Below are positions 20,462 through 31,369 of a DNA stretch of 53,782 nt, in pieces. This stretch comes from Bacteroidota bacterium (GTDB lineage Bacteria; Bacteroidota; Ignavibacteria; Kryptoniales; JAKASW01). Position 1 is the stretch's first letter; every line of letters starts with the position of its first letter. The notes under the pieces were generated by a model, which was not told where the DNA came from, searched no databases, and saw nothing but the letters and a program-made list of their open reading frames with translations. The position numbers and the translations under genes were made by a program. The stretch lies in assembly GCA_021818875.1 (NCBI GenBank), contig JAKASW010000001.1, positions 1 to 53,782 of the forward strand. Direction: 5' to 3'.

Positions 20462-22747
20462 ATGCTTAAGCTGTTTGGATCTTCAGCATGGATTTTCGTT
20501 TTAACTAACCTCGCTTTTGCCCAGTCTCTTTCGTTTCAAACGTATGTGAATCCTGTCGTTCCCGGTGACCATGCCGATTGCACTGTGACTAAAGTTGGGA
20601 CCGGCTACTACACTACCGGTTCTTCATTCAATCCGACGCCGGTGATTTATTATTCCACCGACCTGGTACACTGGGAAGCTATTGCCCAGCCGGTCAACGC
20701 GTCATGGTCAGGATACGGCAACGCACCTGCCGGCGGGTGCTGGGGAGGACAGGTGGTCTTTCACGACGGCAAGTGGTGGTTTTTTTTCAAATCTAACAAT
20801 GGGATGTGCTTCGTCAGCGCAGACACTGTGACTGGACCGTGGTCCATACCGACAGTGATGAACACACCCGCGGGTGTCCCCGGCCTCGGTTATGACAATT
20901 CGATCTTTATCGATAGCGATAGCACCTGGTATCTGGTCGTGAAGAATGGACAGCCGAACAACTGGGTAGTTCAACTTGGCAGTAACGGTCAGCCGAGCGG
21001 GAAGGTTTTGAATTTAACATGGTTGAATCCTCCACCCTCGTATCCGTACAGTTGGGCAGAAGGGCCGGTGATGTGGAAACACGACGGCTACTATTATTAC
21101 GCCTTTGCGGGAAATGTCTATGGCGGAGAATGGGTTATGAGGAGCGATACTCTTACAGCTGATTCGTCGGCCTGGTCGAGGCCGGTTCCCTTTTTCGGCC
21201 AGTCTGCCGGCACTTCATTGTTTGTTACACCCAACCATTGCTCGGCCGTGGTTTCGGCCGGAGACAGCACATATTGGGTACTGACTCCCGGATGGGAAAC
21301 GGCGAACAATAACGAATGGTGGGGACAGGGACGGCAGGGGCAGTTGTGCCAGGTTACGTACAATGCTGCTAACATCCCGACTGCGCATTACCCTGACAAC
21401 TCTCCTGCGGTGGCCCCGAAGCTTCCGAGCAGCGGCATACCATGGATGGTGCCGCATTCTGATTTCTTCGATTCAGATACGTTGAATCCCGAATGGTCGT
21501 TTCTCGGTTACACCGCCTCGAATACCTGGTCACTCACCTCACGACCCGGTTGGCTGACGCTTTCACCGCGTGGCAGGCTGTACAACACTGTGATCAAGAC
21601 CGATGCAGAGCACAATTACTCCCTGATCACCAGATTGGATTTTCATCCGCGATCCGTCACCGATGAGGCCGGCATCTGGATCTTTAACGGCAACGAGACA
21701 AAGTTTGCGAAGATTTATAGCTCCGTCGATAGTTCCGGAAGAAAGATTGTCGCCTTCAGTTATGATACCACCGGCGGAACGACATACTATCAGGTCAGCA
21801 GTCCCGCGACAGCAACCGACAGCACTTTGTGGCTCAAGTTGATCCGTATGAATCACGTGCTGATAGGCTTCTGCAGCTTGAATGGTTATAACTGGATCAA
21901 AGTCGGAAGCAGCATTAACGTTGCAGACATGGACGATCTGCAGACTAACTATAACTCATGGACCGGTAACCGTCAGGGTCTGTTTGTCCAGGGAAGTCCG
22001 GCGGAATTTGATTTCTACATCTATCGCGATGCTTACACTCCGATCCTGGCCCAATGCCCGGCCAACCAGTATGGTACCACGACATCGCCGGCCGTAGGCG
22101 GAATAAGTTCTCTGTCAGCCCACAATAACAACTGGGCGATGTATGCCGGTGTGGAGTTCGGTGGCTCGACGGAATATCCGATGCGGCCGGATTCTCTTCA
22201 ACTGGTTGCCTCGTGCGCTACAGGTGGTGGAACGGTCCAGGTGTGGCTTGATTCGTTGGATACTGGCACGGAAATCGCCGAGTGCAGCATCGGTAACACC
22301 GGGAGCTGGGATACATACGATACGATTACGACTCCTGTACTCAAGCCGGTCTCCGGAAGCCATGATGTATATCTGAAGTTCACAGGAAGTGGGGCCGGCC
22401 ATCTTTTCAACATCGAGTGGCTCATATTCACTGATAGCTCTCATCCAGAAACCACGCCGGTGAATGAATACGGTTGTGTCCCTGAGCGGTTTGAGCTTGA
22501 GCAGAATTACCCGAACCCGTTCAATCCAACAGCAGCTATTGGCTATCATCTGTCGACGGTCAGCAACGTCACCTTGAAAGTGTATGATGTGCTGGGAAGA
22601 CAAGTGGCGACGCTAGCAGACGGCAAGGAAAGCACGGGGGACCACGAAGTTCAGTTTAACGGCTCGCGCTTTGCCAGCGGAGTATATTTCTGCATGCTCA
22701 GGGCGGATGGGCATTCGGCGGTGAGGAAGATGTTGCTAATAAAATAG
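20462..22747 (+). CDS. GH43 family hydrolase with beta-sandwich domain, CBM6-like module and T9SS CTD
   Basis: The N-terminal YVNPVVPGDHADCTVTKVGTGYYTTGSSFNPTPVIYYSTDLVHWE indicates a 5-bladed propeller GH43. NNWAMYAGVEFGG...VQVWLDSLDTGTEIAECSIGNTGSWDTYDTITTPV...HDVYLKFTGSGAGHLFNIEWLIF is CBM6-like. The tail is QNYPNPFNPTAAI...VYFCMLRADG...RKMLLIK. Confidence 0.8.
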   Translation: MLKLFGSSAWIFVLTNLAFAQSLSFQTYVNPVVPGDHADCTVTKVGTGYYTTGSSFNPTPVIYYSTDLVHWEAIAQPVNASWSGYGNAPAGGCWGGQVVFHDGKWWFFFKSNNGMCFVSADTVTGPWSIPTVMNTPAGVPGLGYDNSIFIDSDSTWYLVVKNGQPNNWVVQLGSNGQPSGKVLNLTWLNPPPSYPYSWAEGPVMWKHDGYYYYAFAGNVYGGEWVMRSDTLTADSSAWSRPVPFFGQSAGTSLFVTPNHCSAVVSAGDSTYWVLTPGWETANNNEWWGQGRQGQLCQVTYNAANIPTAHYPDNSPAVAPKLPSSGIPWMVPHSDFFDSDTLNPEWSFLGYTASNTWSLTSRPGWLTLSPRGRLYNTVIKTDAEHNYSLITRLDFHPRSVTDEAGIWIFNGNETKFAKIYSSVDSSGRKIVAFSYDTTGGTTYYQVSSPATATDSTLWLKLIRMNHVLIGFCSLNGYNWIKVGSSINVADMDDLQTNYNSWTGNRQGLFVQGSPAEFDFYIYRDAYTPILAQCPANQYGTTTSPAVGGISSLSAHNNNWAMYAGVEFGGSTEYPMRPDSLQLVASCATGGGTVQVWLDSLDTGTEIAECSIGNTGSWDTYDTITTPVLKPVSGSHDVYLKFTGSGAGHLFNIEWLIFTDSSHPETTPVNEYGCVPERFELEQNYPNPFNPTAAIGYHLSTVSNVTLKVYDVLGRQVATLADGKESTGDHEVQFNGSRFASGVYFCMLRADGHSAVRKMLLIK

Positions 22748-22827
22748 GCTCCGCTTTTTTCGTGCAGGCCATACATTCGAAAAAGCACGTGATTTCGTTA
22801 TATCAAAATCGAAAAGGAAAATAGACA

Positions 22828-23811
22828 ATGTTATCAAATGCGTCGAAGAAGTTACTATATCATCAAGAAGTTTTTAGTTTCCTTATTATCATGGCTGCTC
22901 TGATTTTGCCGGAACGGTCCTTCTCTCAAATTGCAAAAGGTCAATCTAAATTCATCGGCAATGTCATCGGCGCCTACATCCCTTCTAACTTCGCTAAATA
23001 CTGGGACCAGGTTACGCCAGAGAACGCGGGGAAATGGGGAAACGTGGGAGTCAGCGAGAATCCCGCGAAGTGGGACTGGACACCGCTCGATTCGATTTAC
23101 GATTATGCCCTTTCGCACCATTTTCCGTTCAAGTTCCACAATCTTGTCTGGGGAAATCAGCAGCCCACATGGATCGCGGGCCTTCCGCCCGAAAAACAAA
23201 AGAAGATGGTTGAACTATGGATAAGCGAAGCAGGTAGGAAATTTCCTAAAGCGGCCATGGTCGATGTTGTAAACGAGCCTATCCAACATCCGCCGGCATA
23301 CAAGAATGCCATCGGAGGCGACGGCAAAACTGGTTGGGACTGGGTCGTATGGTCATATGAAGAAGCGAGGAAAGCGTTTCCCAATTCGAAACTCCTGCTT
23401 AACGAGTACAACATACTTCGAAGCCGCGATATGACGGAGAAATACATAAGCATAATCGACATCCTCAAGAAGCGTCACCTGATCGACGGCATCGGCTGCC
23501 AGGGACATTTTATGGAAAGAGTCAACGCGGATACGATAGCCTCTAATCTGAGATTGCTCGCCGCCACGTGTCTGCCGATCTACATCTCGGAGTATGACGT
23601 GAACGAAGAGAACAGTGCCAAGCAGCTTGAGATCTACAAACAGCAATTCCCTCTTTTCTGGAACGACCCCACCGTAAAGGGAATAACACTGTGGGGGTAC
23701 ATACAGGGGACGATGTGGAGGCCCGAGGGTTACCTTGTCAGAAAGGACGGATCAGAAAGACCTGCTCTGAAATGGATGCAAGAATATGTCGCTTCACATC
23801 CAGTCAAATAG
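22828..23811 (+). CDS. GH10 endo-1,4-beta-xylanase, single domain, signal peptide, no CTD
   Basis: GH10 motifs: FIGNVIG, YWDQVTPENAGKWG, FKFHNLVWGNQQP, VVNEPIQH (acid/base) and YISEYDV (nucleophile). Confidence 0.9.
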   Translation: MLSNASKKLLYHQEVFSFLIIMAALILPERSFSQIAKGQSKFIGNVIGAYIPSNFAKYWDQVTPENAGKWGNVGVSENPAKWDWTPLDSIYDYALSHHFPFKFHNLVWGNQQPTWIAGLPPEKQKKMVELWISEAGRKFPKAAMVDVVNEPIQHPPAYKNAIGGDGKTGWDWVVWSYEEARKAFPNSKLLLNEYNILRSRDMTEKYISIIDILKKRHLIDGIGCQGHFMERVNADTIASNLRLLAATCLPIYISEYDVNEENSAKQLEIYKQQFPLFWNDPTVKGITLWGYIQGTMWRPEGYLVRKDGSERPALKWMQEYVASHPVK

Positions 23812-24358
23812 TGAGAGCTCAAAAAGAGTGGTAATTAATTCGCGGCACTGATTATCCTTCCGACTAACGCGTGGAAATGTCCTGCAGGAGCATGGATGCC
23901 TTGAGAAAGGGCGAAGCCATGAGACCGTTTTGGCGATTCAGACATCCTGCTTCCCATCTTATCTGAGAACATGTTGAGTTGGGCGCCGGCTGCAAGCGAG
24001 GCCGCGCCACGGATGCAATTTTGTTCTTGACATTTAGAATCAGTTCTATTAACATTGAAACGGTTCAGATAAATATGAACCGAAAGGCATTAGGGTGCCG
24101 GTTGTGAATGCAGGGAGCCGGACGGTTTTCGCGATCACGATACAGTTGCTCTTTAAGAAAGCAATCGTATGCAGATGCCAGATTCTGCAAGAGCGAATTT
24201 CCGCAATAGTCGTGCATTGACTCCCTTACCAAGTTGGGACTGAAAAGTCTCCTTCCCCTATAGTACCACAAGCTCCAATCGTCATTATCGAGTATTGATG
24301 AGCCGGGGCAACCTTCGGTTGCGCCGCGGCGTAAAGCATTTTGACCTGGGAACTTGAT

Positions 24359-26677
24359 ATGATTTATAATCTTCCTGCGGCTGAGACATTAGAGTCAGAA
24401 AAGATTCCTCGTTACAGGGACCAGCGGTTTTCTCCGGAGGAGCGGGCCGGCGATCTTCTCGGTCGAATGACTATCGAAGAGAAGGTGGCACAGATGCTCT
24501 GCATCTGGGGGCAGAAAAAACTAATGCTCTTTGATCGAGACGGGGAACTGAGTTCGGAGAAGATGAGGAGTCTTCTTAAAGATGGAATCGGACAGATAGG
24601 AAGACTCAGCGACTCGTGTGGTGGATTGGGGCCGCTTGAGATGGCGAATCTGGCAAACGAGATCCAAAAATTCTTCGTCGAGCAGACGCGCCTCGGAATA
24701 CCGGTTGTGTTTCATGAAGAGTGTCTGCACGGGTTGGTCGCGAAGCACGCAACAAGCTATCCTCAGCCGATAGGACTTGCGTCCACGTTTGATCCGGAGA
24801 TTGTCGAAAAGATATACTCCTCGATTGCGGAGGATGCACGGAGCCGCGGAGTCCATCAGGCTCTTACACCGGTACTGGATGTGGCGCGCGAGCCAAGATG
24901 GGGAAGAGTAGAGGAGACTTTCGGTGAGGACCCCTATCTCATTTCGAGGATGGGGATCGCTGCCGTGGAGGGATTCCAGGGCAACGGGGATTTCAAAGAC
25001 AAGAAGCATATAATGGCGACGCTCAAGCATTTTGCTGCACACGGACAGCCGGAATCGGGATCTAACTGCGGGCCTGTGAATGTCTCTGAGAGGTTGTTGC
25101 GTGATGTTTTTCTTTTTCCGTTCCAGGAAGTGATCGGGAGGTGTAGGCCGCAAAGTGTAATGGCATCATATAATGAGATTGACGGAGTTCCCTCACATGC
25201 GAACAAGTGGCTTCTCAGGGATGTCCTGAGAAGAGAGTGGGGCTTTGATGGTACAGTAGTATCCGACTACTACGCGATTACCGAACTCGACACGAGGGAA
25301 GAGACGCACGGTCACAGGGTCGCAAACGACAAGAACGAAGCAGCGGCCCTCGCGGTGAACTCAGGAGTAAATGTTGAGCTGCCGGATCCCGATTGCTATC
25401 CAGGGGTCGCCGATCTCGTGCGCGACGGGGTGCTTGACGAGAAAGTGGTTGATGATTTAGTCGCTGTGGTATTAAGGCAGAAATTTGAATTTGGCTTGTT
25501 CGAAGATCCCTATGTCGATCCGGGGTTAACTCAGAATGAAGCGAGGCTGGAGGAAGAGCGGAAGCTGGCGCTTCAGGCCGCACATGAAACCATTACGCTT
25601 CTGAGAAATGAGCAAAATTTGCTTCCTCTACAGATACAGAAAGGTGATACCATAGCGGTGATAGGACCGAATGCCGACAGAAGGCTGCTCGGTGGCTACA
25701 GCGGTCAACCCAGGTATTATACCACGGTGCTCGAAGGAATAAAGGAAAAGGCGGGTCGTCTCATTAATGTCAAGTACAGCGAGGGCTGCAAAATAACTGT
25801 CGGAGGAAGCTGGAACGATGATGCAGTCACATTTCCTGATCCGGACGAGGACAGGAAGTCGATTCGCGACGCTGTCGAGATATCACAAGACTCCGATGTT
25901 GTTGTTCTTGTCCTTGGAGGCAACGAACAAACGTCGCGGGAAGCCTGGAGCAAAATCCATCTTGGAGACAGGACGAGCCTGGATCTGTTTGGACGGCAGA
26001 AGGAGCTTGCGGAGGCAATCTTGTCAGTAGGGAAGCCGGTTGTTCTGGTCCTCTTCAACGGACGACCTGTATCGATCAGCTCGATCAATTCCCGCATGAA
26101 CGCGATACTGGAATGCTGGTATCTTGGACAAGAGACCGGCCGGGCGATTGCGGACGTCCTTTTCGGGGATTACAACCCGGGTGGCAAATTACCGATATCG
26201 ATTCCCCGTTCAGTCGGACACATACCGAGCTTTTACAATTACAAGCCCTCCGCTCGCCGTGGATTCCTCGACGACCAAATTAGTCCCCTGTACCAGTTTG
26301 GATACGGGTTGAGCTATACCTCGTTCGAGTTTCGTAACCTCACACTGTCGAAGACTAAAATTAACAGAGACGAGCCGACAAGTATCTCAATCGATCTGAA
26401 AAATACCGGGAACAGAGCGGGATCAGAAGTGGTACAGATGTACATTCACGATGTATCGAGCTCGGTAACCCGTCCGGTCAAAGAGCTGAAGGGTTTCGAG
26501 AGAGTGTGGCTAGATCCGGGCGATAGCAGAACGGTTACGCTGGCCATTCTGCCCGAGCACCTGGCATTTACGAACATCGAACGCAAGCACGTAGTCGAAC
26601 CGGGGGACTTCGAGATCATGGTTGGCAGCTCTTCGAGAGATGAGGATCTGTTGAAGACGATTCTGAGGGTTATGTAA
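24359..26677 (+). CDS. GH3 beta-glucosidase/beta-xylosidase, no signal peptide (cytoplasmic)
   Basis: From ORF 24341 (TTG); the first ATG is at 24359. GH3 motifs: EEKVAQM, GIPVVFHEECLHG, TLKHFAAHG, MASYNEIDG and GFDGTVVSDY (nucleophile Asp). A C-terminal Fn3-like domain is present (VVQMYIHD...ELKGFERV). Confidence 0.9.
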   Translation: MIYNLPAAETLESEKIPRYRDQRFSPEERAGDLLGRMTIEEKVAQMLCIWGQKKLMLFDRDGELSSEKMRSLLKDGIGQIGRLSDSCGGLGPLEMANLANEIQKFFVEQTRLGIPVVFHEECLHGLVAKHATSYPQPIGLASTFDPEIVEKIYSSIAEDARSRGVHQALTPVLDVAREPRWGRVEETFGEDPYLISRMGIAAVEGFQGNGDFKDKKHIMATLKHFAAHGQPESGSNCGPVNVSERLLRDVFLFPFQEVIGRCRPQSVMASYNEIDGVPSHANKWLLRDVLRREWGFDGTVVSDYYAITELDTREETHGHRVANDKNEAAALAVNSGVNVELPDPDCYPGVADLVRDGVLDEKVVDDLVAVVLRQKFEFGLFEDPYVDPGLTQNEARLEEERKLALQAAHETITLLRNEQNLLPLQIQKGDTIAVIGPNADRRLLGGYSGQPRYYTTVLEGIKEKAGRLINVKYSEGCKITVGGSWNDDAVTFPDPDEDRKSIRDAVEISQDSDVVVLVLGGNEQTSREAWSKIHLGDRTSLDLFGRQKELAEAILSVGKPVVLVLFNGRPVSISSINSRMNAILECWYLGQETGRAIADVLFGDYNPGGKLPISIPRSVGHIPSFYNYKPSARRGFLDDQISPLYQFGYGLSYTSFEFRNLTLSKTKINRDEPTSISIDLKNTGNRAGSEVVQMYIHDVSSSVTRPVKELKGFERVWLDPGDSRTVTLAILPEHLAFTNIERKHVVEPGDFEIMVGSSSRDEDLLKTILRVM

Positions 26678-28219
26678 ATGGAAAAAGCAGAACGGGTTGC
26701 AGTCAAGGCAAGTGCTATGGGAGGCGCAGTCTCCGGCACAACTATTACAAAACTTTCAGTCAGAGAGAAAATCGGCTACGGCTTCGGCGACGGCGCTGCA
26801 AACTTCGTCTTCCAGACGATGCTGATTTTCCAGTTAGGGTTCTACACCGACGTTTTCGGACTCGGCGCTGCCGCGGCCGGTGTTCTCCTGCTGGTTGGTC
26901 GGTTCTGGGACGCTATCTTTGATCCTCTCATAGGGGTCATGGCAGATCGGACCGAAACGAGATGGGGTAAGTTTCGCCCGTGGGTCCTGTGGTCGGCTGT
27001 GCCATTCGCTGGTCTATTCGTCCTTGCATTTACCACCCCGCATTTCGGTGGTGCGGGAAAGATAATCTACGCGTATGCCACTTATATCCTGCTGATGACG
27101 TTTTACTCAGTTAACAATACTCCTTACTCCGCTCTCAACGGAGTGATCACGGGCGATGTGAATGAAAGAACCTCGCTCTCCTCCTTCCGGTTTTTCTTCT
27201 CCATGGCGGCGGCATTTCTGGTTCAGGGATTAACGCTGCCACTTGTCAACAAATTCGGGGCAGGCAATGCCGAGAAAGGATGGACGACGACGATCGGGTT
27301 GTTCGGAATCGTTATGGTGGTTTGCTTCGTCGTCACATTCTTCAGCGTAAGGGAGCGCATCAAGCCCGATCCTAAGCAACAGTCTTCCCCGAAAAAGGAT
27401 CTGCTCGGACTCCTGAAGACCGGACCATGGATTACGATGTTTGTCGCAACCCTATTCGTCTTCATAACTCTAGCCATGTGGGGGAGCGGCTCCTTCTACT
27501 TCTTCAGTTACTATGTCGATAAGAACGCTCTCTATAATTTTCTTCAGTCCATGGGCCTTGCAAAAGGCGGCGCGGAAAGTGGTGGGATATGGCACGGATT
27601 CCTGAATACTTTCGGACTCATTGTTGCGAAAGATGGAAGCAACGTCTCTTCAGTTGGGTTCAGCCTTTTCAATATGGCCGGCATGCTGATGAATATTCTC
27701 GGAGTGCTTACATCTACAGCTCTCGCAATACGGTTCGGCAAGAAAGCAGTATTCACGGTGGGCCTTTTCTTCACCGCTGTTTTTACGGCGCTGTTCATTA
27801 CGGTGCCCGCGAACGCTATCGGATTTGCATTTCTTCTTAACATCCTCAAGTCGCTGTCGTACGGCCCGACGATTCCTCTCTTGTGGGCCATGATGGCGGA
27901 TGTGGCCGATTACTCCGAGTGGAAAACGAAAACGCGTGCGACCGGTCTCGTGTTCGCCGGGATTGTCTTCGCGTTGAAAGCAGGCCTCGGTTTGGGCGGT
28001 GCAATCTGCGGCTGGATACTGGCGGGCTACGATTACGTCCCGAATGCCGTGCAGTCAATACATGCGCTCTTCGGGATTCGAATGGCTGCCAGCGTATATC
28101 CTGCAATGACTTTCTTTGCAGGCGTGGTCGCAATTCTCTTTTACGGCATCGGCAAGAAACTCAATCTTCAGATACAAGACGAATTGGCAGAACGGAGAAA
28201 AAACTTCGAATACACATGA
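26678..28219 (+). CDS. Glycoside-pentoside-hexuronide (GPH):cation symporter family MFS transporter (XynP/YicJ-like oligosaccharide importer)
   Basis: The GPH signature is DPLIGVMADRTETRWGKFRPWVLW, and the protein is multi-spanning and hydrophobic. The ATG directly abuts the GH3 stop (TAA-ATG at 26675..26680). Confidence 0.85.
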   Translation: MEKAERVAVKASAMGGAVSGTTITKLSVREKIGYGFGDGAANFVFQTMLIFQLGFYTDVFGLGAAAAGVLLLVGRFWDAIFDPLIGVMADRTETRWGKFRPWVLWSAVPFAGLFVLAFTTPHFGGAGKIIYAYATYILLMTFYSVNNTPYSALNGVITGDVNERTSLSSFRFFFSMAAAFLVQGLTLPLVNKFGAGNAEKGWTTTIGLFGIVMVVCFVVTFFSVRERIKPDPKQQSSPKKDLLGLLKTGPWITMFVATLFVFITLAMWGSGSFYFFSYYVDKNALYNFLQSMGLAKGGAESGGIWHGFLNTFGLIVAKDGSNVSSVGFSLFNMAGMLMNILGVLTSTALAIRFGKKAVFTVGLFFTAVFTALFITVPANAIGFAFLLNILKSLSYGPTIPLLWAMMADVADYSEWKTKTRATGLVFAGIVFALKAGLGLGGAICGWILAGYDYVPNAVQSIHALFGIRMAASVYPAMTFFAGVVAILFYGIGKKLNLQIQDELAERRKNFEYT

Positions 28220-28297
28220 GACAATTCAGAAGTCGTTGGCGCATAAGATTTTGTTCTAAACGGTTTTCAGCAGTAACTCAAAAATAGGGAGAGAAAT

Positions 28298-31200
28298 ATG
28301 TCGAGGAACGACAGCTACTTGCTGGCAAAAGGATTTACATTCCTGGTTGTCTTCTTTCTCTTTGCGGTTCAATCCGGATTTGCAGCGGGCACCGGAAGAA
28401 TGAAGGGAAGAGTTTTCGACAGGCAAACAAAAGAAGCCCTGCCGGGTGCGACTGTGCTTGTGAAAGGGACAAGCATAGGTGCGTCGACGGATTTGAACGG
28501 CAATTTCGTGATCGACAACGCCCCGGAAGGCGTGCAGACTATAGTGGTTACCTATGTCGGTTACGTAGATTCGAAGGAGGCGGTAAACATAGTCCAGGGA
28601 CAAACGATCAGCAAAGACTTTTATCTTGAGCCGACGGCGGTGCAGGGAAAGGCGGTTATCGTGACTGCCCAGGCTCAAGGTCAAATCCAGGCCATCAATC
28701 AACAACTCAGCTCCAACAAGATCGTAAACGTGGTATCTTCAGCAAAGATACAGGAGCTGCCAGATTTTAACGCGGCACAGGCGATAAGCCGACTCCCCGG
28801 TGTGTCAGTCCTGATGAGTTCCGGTGAAGCGAACAAAGTCGTTATCAGAGGCCTCGCGCCTCAATACAACGAGGTTGCGGTCAGCGGAATCACGCTCGCA
28901 TCAACCGGAAGCTCGCAGATAGGTGCCACCTCCCTCGCAGGTCTAACGTCTGGTTCGGTAACCGACGATAGAAGCGTCGATCTCACCATGGTAACTCCAT
29001 ACATGATCAAATCGATCGAAGTCTATAAAACACTGACGCCGGACATGGAGGCTAATGCCATTGGTGGATATGTGAATATGAGCTTGAGAGAAGCACCGTC
29101 AGGCTTTCACGGAGATGTACTTTGGCAGTCTGGTTATACTCAGAAGAGCAACACCTACGGCAACTATCGTGCTGTAGCATCGGTCAGCAATCGGTTCTTT
29201 GATGATCATTTGGGTGTGTATATCCTTGGGGATGCGGAACGATATGACCGCAGCGCAGATAACATGAACGCAGGCTATGTAACTGCCGGCTCAACCGTGA
29301 ACCCTAACGGCTACAGGACCGTGATAGTGAACAACGTTACCCTCAATCGGCATATTGAGACCAGGAATCGATACGGCGGCAATTTGATACTCGATTACAG
29401 GCTTCCTTCAGGCTCGATAAGATCGATCAATATGTTCAGCCGTTTGAATTCGAATTATCAGGATTATAATACGATTCTTAATTATCGCAGCGATGTCACT
29501 AACAAGAGCCTCGGCTTTCAGTATAGAGCAGGAAGCAGCAATACTGATCTTGCGGTCAATTCAGTGGAAGTTACAAACGACTTTGGATTCATGACGGCAG
29601 ATATCATCGCTGCTAATACCTATTCGAGAAATCACCTTCCCACGTCGCCTTTCTATTCGTTTTTCCAAAACGGCGCTATGAAGGGTTTTACCACCGGTGA
29701 TACTAACATCGTTCCGGAGCAGTTGACGCATCTGGTAAATTACAACGCTCCGGGTGACACGACCTTGCTGGGCTCAACAAGCCTCTTCCTTTCCGATTAC
29801 CACGAGAACGATCAGGTCTACAAAGGTGACTTTAGGATTCCACTGAATGTCGGTTCCGTAGTTTCCGGGTATTTTAAGTTTGGTGGAGAATACAGGTACA
29901 ACTTTCATGCAAATGCTCAGAGTACACCTTACATATCGATCAACCGTGGAAGTGGAACCACTGCCAACGACATAAACAGAGCGGTAGTGGATTCACTCTT
30001 GAGGTATTATCCCAATCTTCAATTCGGCATTACTAATCAATTGCTGGCGTCTAACTTCACTTCGAGCGATTCGAAGCTGCTAAATAGCTTCTTGGGCAAC
30101 AAATTCGGAAGCATATATTGGGCGGCTAATCCATCATCCCTTAATTGGATGATGAATTACATAAGCCAGAATCCTGCACTCAGGGCATATAACTCAATCG
30201 GAGGATGGTTCGACGGGCCCTATCAGAACCTGCCGAATAATTATCATTATATCGAGAGATACTATGCTGCATATCTGATGTCGGAACTGGATCTCGGCCC
30301 TGATTTCATGGTGGTTGGTGGCGCACGTTATGAAGAAGACAAAGGCATGTACTCCGCGTTCAACTTAATGGATGAGCGCAATCCTGTATCTCAAAAGTTT
30401 TTCCCTGCGACGGTTTATCCGGAGAACCATTTCTGGCTCCCCATGGTACAGGCGCGGTATGATGTTACCGAGTGGGCAGACGTCCGATATTCGTATACCC
30501 AGACACTGGCACGACCGGACTACTCCCAGCTCTCTCCCCATTTCAATGTCTCGGCCGATTCACCCCACCAGCTCTGGGCTGGAAACCCCGGTCTTAAACC
30601 GGCCCAGGCATACAACCATGATCTGGAACTCACTTTCCACAGCAACGATTTGGGCCTTTTGTCCATAGGCGGCTTCTACAAGGAGATAAAAAACTTCGCC
30701 TATGCCGCCGAGTATCAGCTTTATAGCAAGAGCGTCTACGATAAGTTTGGGATCACCGGCCTCGATTCTTTGAACTCGTTCATGTTGGGAGGCAGCCCCG
30801 CCTTAACGAGTGCCGATGCAGGTGCCACCTTAAACACTTTCATCAACAGCCGGTACATAGCTTACATTAGGGGAATCGAGACAGATTTTGAAACACGATT
30901 CTGGTATTTGCCTAACCCCTTCAATGGGATAGTATTTGGAATCAATTATACTCATATCTGGTCGAAGACGAGATATCCATATTTCAATGTAACCGGGGCA
31001 AGAGGCGTAGTAACAAACTACACCGACAGCACGCGGGCCGGTCGCTTGCTCTATCAGCCCAATGATATTTTGAATACTTACTTCGGGTATGATTTCGAAG
31101 GGTTCTCTGCACGATTGTCCTTTGTTTTCCAGGGAAACTCCGTCACGGCCGTCGGCAATTATCCCGAGCAGGATGGATTCTCCCAGGACTACTTCCGCAT

Positions 31201-31369
31201 GGATTTTTCGGCGAGACAGCTTCTCCCGTGGAAAGGACTTGAGTTGTACTTCGACAGCACTAATCTCAACGGTGAACCAAACATCTCCATCGAGAATGCA
31301 ATCAGAGGGTTTACTTCTGAACAGTACTACGGCCTAACCGCCGACTTAGGAATTAGATATACCCTGTGA
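28298..31369 (+). CDS. TonB-dependent outer-membrane receptor with N-terminal carboxypeptidase-regulatory-like domain
   Basis: The CarboxypepD_reg-like segment is GRVFDRQTKEALPGATVLVKGTSIGASTDLNGNFVIDNAPEG. The plug reads IQELPDFNAAQAISRLPGVSV...VVIRGLAPQYNEVAVSGI...IEVYKTLTPDMEANAIGGYVNM, which resembles the RGLxPxYN type seen in carbohydrate-scavenging TBDTs. It is 1023 aa and ends in an aromatic-rich beta-strand, LGIRYTL. Confidence 0.85.
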   Translation: MSRNDSYLLAKGFTFLVVFFLFAVQSGFAAGTGRMKGRVFDRQTKEALPGATVLVKGTSIGASTDLNGNFVIDNAPEGVQTIVVTYVGYVDSKEAVNIVQGQTISKDFYLEPTAVQGKAVIVTAQAQGQIQAINQQLSSNKIVNVVSSAKIQELPDFNAAQAISRLPGVSVLMSSGEANKVVIRGLAPQYNEVAVSGITLASTGSSQIGATSLAGLTSGSVTDDRSVDLTMVTPYMIKSIEVYKTLTPDMEANAIGGYVNMSLREAPSGFHGDVLWQSGYTQKSNTYGNYRAVASVSNRFFDDHLGVYILGDAERYDRSADNMNAGYVTAGSTVNPNGYRTVIVNNVTLNRHIETRNRYGGNLILDYRLPSGSIRSINMFSRLNSNYQDYNTILNYRSDVTNKSLGFQYRAGSSNTDLAVNSVEVTNDFGFMTADIIAANTYSRNHLPTSPFYSFFQNGAMKGFTTGDTNIVPEQLTHLVNYNAPGDTTLLGSTSLFLSDYHENDQVYKGDFRIPLNVGSVVSGYFKFGGEYRYNFHANAQSTPYISINRGSGTTANDINRAVVDSLLRYYPNLQFGITNQLLASNFTSSDSKLLNSFLGNKFGSIYWAANPSSLNWMMNYISQNPALRAYNSIGGWFDGPYQNLPNNYHYIERYYAAYLMSELDLGPDFMVVGGARYEEDKGMYSAFNLMDERNPVSQKFFPATVYPENHFWLPMVQARYDVTEWADVRYSYTQTLARPDYSQLSPHFNVSADSPHQLWAGNPGLKPAQAYNHDLELTFHSNDLGLLSIGGFYKEIKNFAYAAEYQLYSKSVYDKFGITGLDSLNSFMLGGSPALTSADAGATLNTFINSRYIAYIRGIETDFETRFWYLPNPFNGIVFGINYTHIWSKTRYPYFNVTGARGVVTNYTDSTRAGRLLYQPNDILNTYFGYDFEGFSARLSFVFQGNSVTAVGNYPEQDGFSQDYFRMDFSARQLLPWKGLELYFDSTNLNGEPNISIENAIRGFTSEQYYGLTADLGIRYTL

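Noticed and set aside
22740-22770. Possible terminator after the GH43-CBM6 gene (GGCTCCGCTTTTTTCG)
   Set aside because: A T-tract is present, but I could not find a convincing complementary stem upstream of it.
24521-25153. 210-aa minus-strand ORF
   Set aside because: It lies antisense inside the GH3 gene, whose + strand translation carries unambiguous GH3 motifs.
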